Of a stretch of 64,000 nt of DNA, positions 61,227 through 64,000 are shown one piece after another. The stretch is from positions 28,626-92,625 of the forward strand of contig JACRIT010000016.1 of assembly GCA_016215655.1 (NCBI GenBank). Reading direction: 5' to 3'. The notes under the pieces are model-generated. The model searched no databases. It was not told the origin of the DNA and worked only from the letters and a program-made list of their open reading frames with translations. Each line of letters opens with the position of its first letter. Within the stretch, counting starts at the first letter, position 1. A program made the translations under genes and the position numbers. Source of the stretch: Acidimicrobiia bacterium (GTDB taxonomy: Bacteria > Actinomycetota > Acidimicrobiia > Spongiisociales > UBA11373).

Positions 61227-62794
61227 CAGAACCACCCCTCACCGGGGAGGCGGTAGCGGTCGATCACCATCACCACCGTCACCGTCATCACCATGAGGAG
61301 GAGGGCGAGCAGCATCGCGCCCTGGACGTTGACCGCACCGGGTCGTCCCAACAGGCGGAATATCGCCAGCGGCAGCGTTGCCGAGCCGGGCCGGGCGAGC
61401 AGGGTGGTGGCTCCGAATTCGCCCAGCGAGATCACGAAGGCGAAGCCGGCGCCGACTGCGGCCGCCCGTCCGGCGATGGGGAGGTCGATCTCGCGGCGGA
61501 TGCGCCGCGGCGAGGCTCCGAGCGTGCTGGCGGCTTCGCGCAGCCGCAGGCGGATCGATCCGAGGACGGGGACGAGGGAGCGGACCACGAACGGGATCGC
61601 CACCAGGGCATGGGCGATGGGGATGATCGCCGCGGTCGCCCGGAGGTCGATGGGTGCGTCGAAGGCGAGCAGCATGCCGAAGCCGAGCGTCACCGCCGAG
61701 GTCCCCAGCGGGAGCATGAGGAGCGTGTCGAACCAGCGCGAGAGCCGACCACGGTGCGAGGCGATGACCAGTGCCGCGGGGAGACCGACTCCGACGGCGA
61801 TGAGCATCGCCGCCATGGCATAGCCGAGGGAGGTGGTCGTCGATGCAGCCACGTCCACGAACGGCGAGGTCTGCAGTGCCCGGAATCCCGCCAGCGTGGG
61901 GACACCATCACGGGTCAAGGCCCGCCACGCCAGGACCATGGTGGGAAGCCCGACGAGCAGCAGTGTCCACACCACGGTGGCGACGACGAAGATTCGCTGG
62001 CGAGCCGAATGCGGGCGGCGGGGACGCGATCGGGCGAGGGTCTGGGTGATACGGGAGCGCCCCTGGTGGTGCGCATAGACGAGCAGGGCCGTGGTGACCC
62101 CGACGATCTGCAGGATCGCCAGGACGGCGGCACCGCGCAGGTCGAACAGGAACGCCGTGCGCCGGTAGATCTCCACCTCGATGGTGGCGATACCCGGACC
62201 GCCGAGCACGAGCACGGTGCCGAATGCCGTGAAGGAGAACAGGAACACGATGGCGGCGGCGGAGGCGATCGCCGGTCGGAGCAGCGGCAGCGTCACCAGT
62301 CGCATCACCTGCACCGGCCTGGCGCCGAGCGAGCGCGCTGCCTCCTCGAGCCGGGGATCGAGGTGTTCCCACAGCCCGCCGACCACGCGTACCACCACGG
62401 CGACGTTGAAGAACACATGCGAGGCGATGATGGCCGCGGCGGTGCCGCTCAGGTCGATGCCCAACAGCCCGGACGGTCCGATGAGGGCGAAGAAGGCGAT
62501 GCCCACCACGAGCGTGGGCAGCACGAAGGGGACGACGGTGGCGGCTCGAAGCAGCCGCCGACCCGGGAACTCGTAGCGCGCCGTCACGTAGGCGATGGGG
62601 AGACCCGCCACCAAGGTGAGGATCGTCGAGACCACCGCCTGCCACACCGTGAACCACACCACCCCGGCATCGAGCAAGGGTCCGCCGCCGTCGCTCGCCG
62701 CCAGCGACTTCACCAGGATCGTCGCCATGGGGTAGGCGAAGAAGGCCGCCAGGAAGACGGCGGGGATGGCGACGAGGGCCCAGGGCCGCTTCAC
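61226..62794 (-). CDS. ABC transporter permease, duplicated 2x6-TM (ThiP/FbpB type)
   Basis: 522 aa with two MetI-like permease halves. GTGA overlap with the binding-protein gene. Confidence 0.85.
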   Translation of the reverse strand: MKRPWALVAIPAVFLAAFFAYPMATILVKSLAASDGGGPLLDAGVVWFTVWQAVVSTILTLVAGLPIAYVTARYEFPGRRLLRAATVVPFVLPTLVVGIAFFALIGPSGLLGIDLSGTAAAIIASHVFFNVAVVVRVVGGLWEHLDPRLEEAARSLGARPVQVMRLVTLPLLRPAIASAAAIVFLFSFTAFGTVLVLGGPGIATIEVEIYRRTAFLFDLRGAAVLAILQIVGVTTALLVYAHHQGRSRITQTLARSRPRRPHSARQRIFVVATVVWTLLLVGLPTMVLAWRALTRDGVPTLAGFRALQTSPFVDVAASTTTSLGYAMAAMLIAVGVGLPAALVIASHRGRLSRWFDTLLMLPLGTSAVTLGFGMLLAFDAPIDLRATAAIIPIAHALVAIPFVVRSLVPVLGSIRLRLREAASTLGASPRRIRREIDLPIAGRAAAVGAGFAFVISLGEFGATTLLARPGSATLPLAIFRLLGRPGAVNVQGAMLLALLLMVMTVTVVMVIDRYRLPGEGWF

Positions 62795-63807
62795 CGCAGG
62801 ACCACCTGGGTCCACTCGGCCAGCCAGCGATCGCGATTGGCATCGATCCGATCCGGCTCCATCCTGAGCGAACCCGGAGTGGGGGTGTCGAGCCAGGTGG
62901 GGAGGGCGACGTCGGGCCGGACGGGATACACGAACATCGAGCCGGGCACATCGCCCTGGAACTCCGTGCCCAGGAGGAAGTCGATGAGGGCTTCGGCCGC
63001 GCCGCGGTGGGTGGTGCCACGCAACACCCCGGCGTACTCGATCTGGCGGAAGCAGCCTTCGGTGAGGGTGGCGGTGGACGGTTCGGCCGGCGGTGGTTCC
63101 GAGAACACGAGCTCGGCTCCGGGGGAAGAGGCGTAGGACACGACGAGTGGCCGATCGCCGTCACCGGCTCCGGAGAAGTGGCCGTAGTACGCGGTTCCCC
63201 AATCGGATGCCACCAGGACGTCGTTGGCGCGCAGGTCGGCCCAGTAGTCCCGCCAGGTGTAGTCGCCCTGCTCACCGAACTCGACGATCGTGGCGAGGAG
63301 AAAGGCCAGGCCGGGCGATGAGATCGTGGGGTCCTCGACGACGAGCATTCCGGCGTAACCGGGGTCGGCGAGATCCGCCAGGGTCCGGGGCGGAGCGAGG
63401 TCGGTGAAGGCGGCCTTGTCGTAATTCACGCACACGTCGCCGAAGTCGATCGGCGTCACCCCGGCGGCGGCGGCGAACTCCTCGGGGACGAGACCCATGG
63501 CCGGGCTCACGTAGGGGAGGAAGAGGTCGCCATCGAGTGCTCGGGAGAGCAAGGTGTTGTCGACGCCGAACAGCACGTCGGCGACGGGGTTGCCCGCGGT
63601 GAGGAGCGCCTGGTTGACCACCACCCCGGCGTCGCCCCCGAGCACCACCTCGACCTCGATCCCGGTCTCCGCGGTGAATGCGGCGAGCACCTCCGGGGTG
63701 ACGGCGAAGAAGTCGTGGGCGAGCAATGTCACCGTGTCCTCGGTGCCGTCGGTGCCGCATGAGGCGGCGACGAGCAGGGCGGCGGTGAGCGTGGCGAATC
63801 GTCTCAT
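62791..63807 (-). CDS. ABC substrate-binding lipoprotein (thiamine-binding TbpA/ThiB-like)
   Basis: Lipobox LLVAASCG and a periplasmic binding-protein fold. The operon begins with a thiamine pyrophosphokinase. Confidence 0.75.
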   Translation of the reverse strand: MRRFATLTAALLVAASCGTDGTEDTVTLLAHDFFAVTPEVLAAFTAETGIEVEVVLGGDAGVVVNQALLTAGNPVADVLFGVDNTLLSRALDGDLFLPYVSPAMGLVPEEFAAAAGVTPIDFGDVCVNYDKAAFTDLAPPRTLADLADPGYAGMLVVEDPTISSPGLAFLLATIVEFGEQGDYTWRDYWADLRANDVLVASDWGTAYYGHFSGAGDGDRPLVVSYASSPGAELVFSEPPPAEPSTATLTEGCFRQIEYAGVLRGTTHRGAAEALIDFLLGTEFQGDVPGSMFVYPVRPDVALPTWLDTPTPGSLRMEPDRIDANRDRWLAEWTQVVLR

Positions 63808-64000
63808 GATGCCTCCTCGAGGTGGGCGACCAGGGCGACCCCGGAGTGGATCTCCACCGTGGCCTCGGCCGCGATCATCTGATTGCTCACGCCCCGCGAC
63901 GAGCCGAACCCGAGCGGCTCGGCGTGCAGCGGCCAGCGCAGTCCCGTGGTCGACACCACCACCTCGCCGTCGACCGGGATGATCGAGACGGTGTCCCCCG
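63804..64000 (-). CDS. thiamine pyrophosphokinase, C-terminal part (5' end outside the window)
   Basis: Reverse translation gives GDTVSIIPVDGEVVVSTTGLRWPLHAEPLGFGSSRGVSNQM...GVALVAH, the B1-binding domain motif GL+WPL...G.SN. ATGA overlap with the binding-protein start. Confidence 0.7.
   Translation of the reverse strand, partial: GDTVSIIPVDGEVVVSTTGLRWPLHAEPLGFGSSRGVSNQMIAAEATVEIHSGVALVAHLEEAS

Noticed and set aside
1-64000. Search for tRNA, rRNA, tmRNA, RNase P, SRP RNA, riboswitches, IS elements and transposases
   Set aside because: All spacers longer than 100 nt are accounted for by leaders, the heptad elements or the R-M islet. No cloverleaf-like or transposase-like sequence was recognised by eye, although a covariance-model scan was not possible.

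Overview
High-GC (about 70%) chromosomal segment with the gene order of an Actinomycetota core 'translation backbone'. All calls come from reading translations and motifs; no similarity search was run.

The backbone runs ffh-rpsP-KH-rimM ... trmD-rplS-lepB-DUF2469-yraN-comM-dprA ... xerC-whiG-rpsB-tsf-pyrH-frr-cdsA-dxr-rseP-ispG-proS-rimP-nusA-infB-DUF503-rbfA-nrnA-truB-ribF ... rpsO-pnp. It is followed by imuA'-imuB, lipid, folate and sugar genes, and a thiamine ABC/TPK operon. Most neighbouring genes are translationally coupled by ATGA/GTGA overlaps.

Three accessory insertions interrupt the backbone:
- A 5-kb opposite-strand cluster sits between rimM and trmD. It encodes a cupredoxin lipoprotein, a canonical GAPDH, a Cys-less GAPDH paralog, a lipoprotein and an SH3 membrane protein.
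- A LuxR gene plus a Flp/Tad pilus locus sits between dprA and xerC.
- A visibly lower-GC islet (about 47.5-50.2 kb) carries a BamHI-like restriction endonuclease, a DPPF-type beta-class DNA methyltransferase and a DUF2130 protein (Zn-ribbon/coiled-coil/PD-(D/E)xK). It abuts a perfect LexA box upstream of imuA'B.

The most unusual signal is non-coding. At least seven intergenic spacers are built from phased 7-nt units and share a core CCRGAAC(G/C)CG. Two copies bracket a methyltransferase gene as direct core repeats with inverted arms.

Other oddities are gene fusions and extensions: VWA-TadB, MTHFS-phosphomutase, and a 591-aa acidic extension on CdsA. A T-tract terminator also lies in the rimP-nusA-infB leader.

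No rRNA, tRNA, CRISPR array or transposase was recognised.
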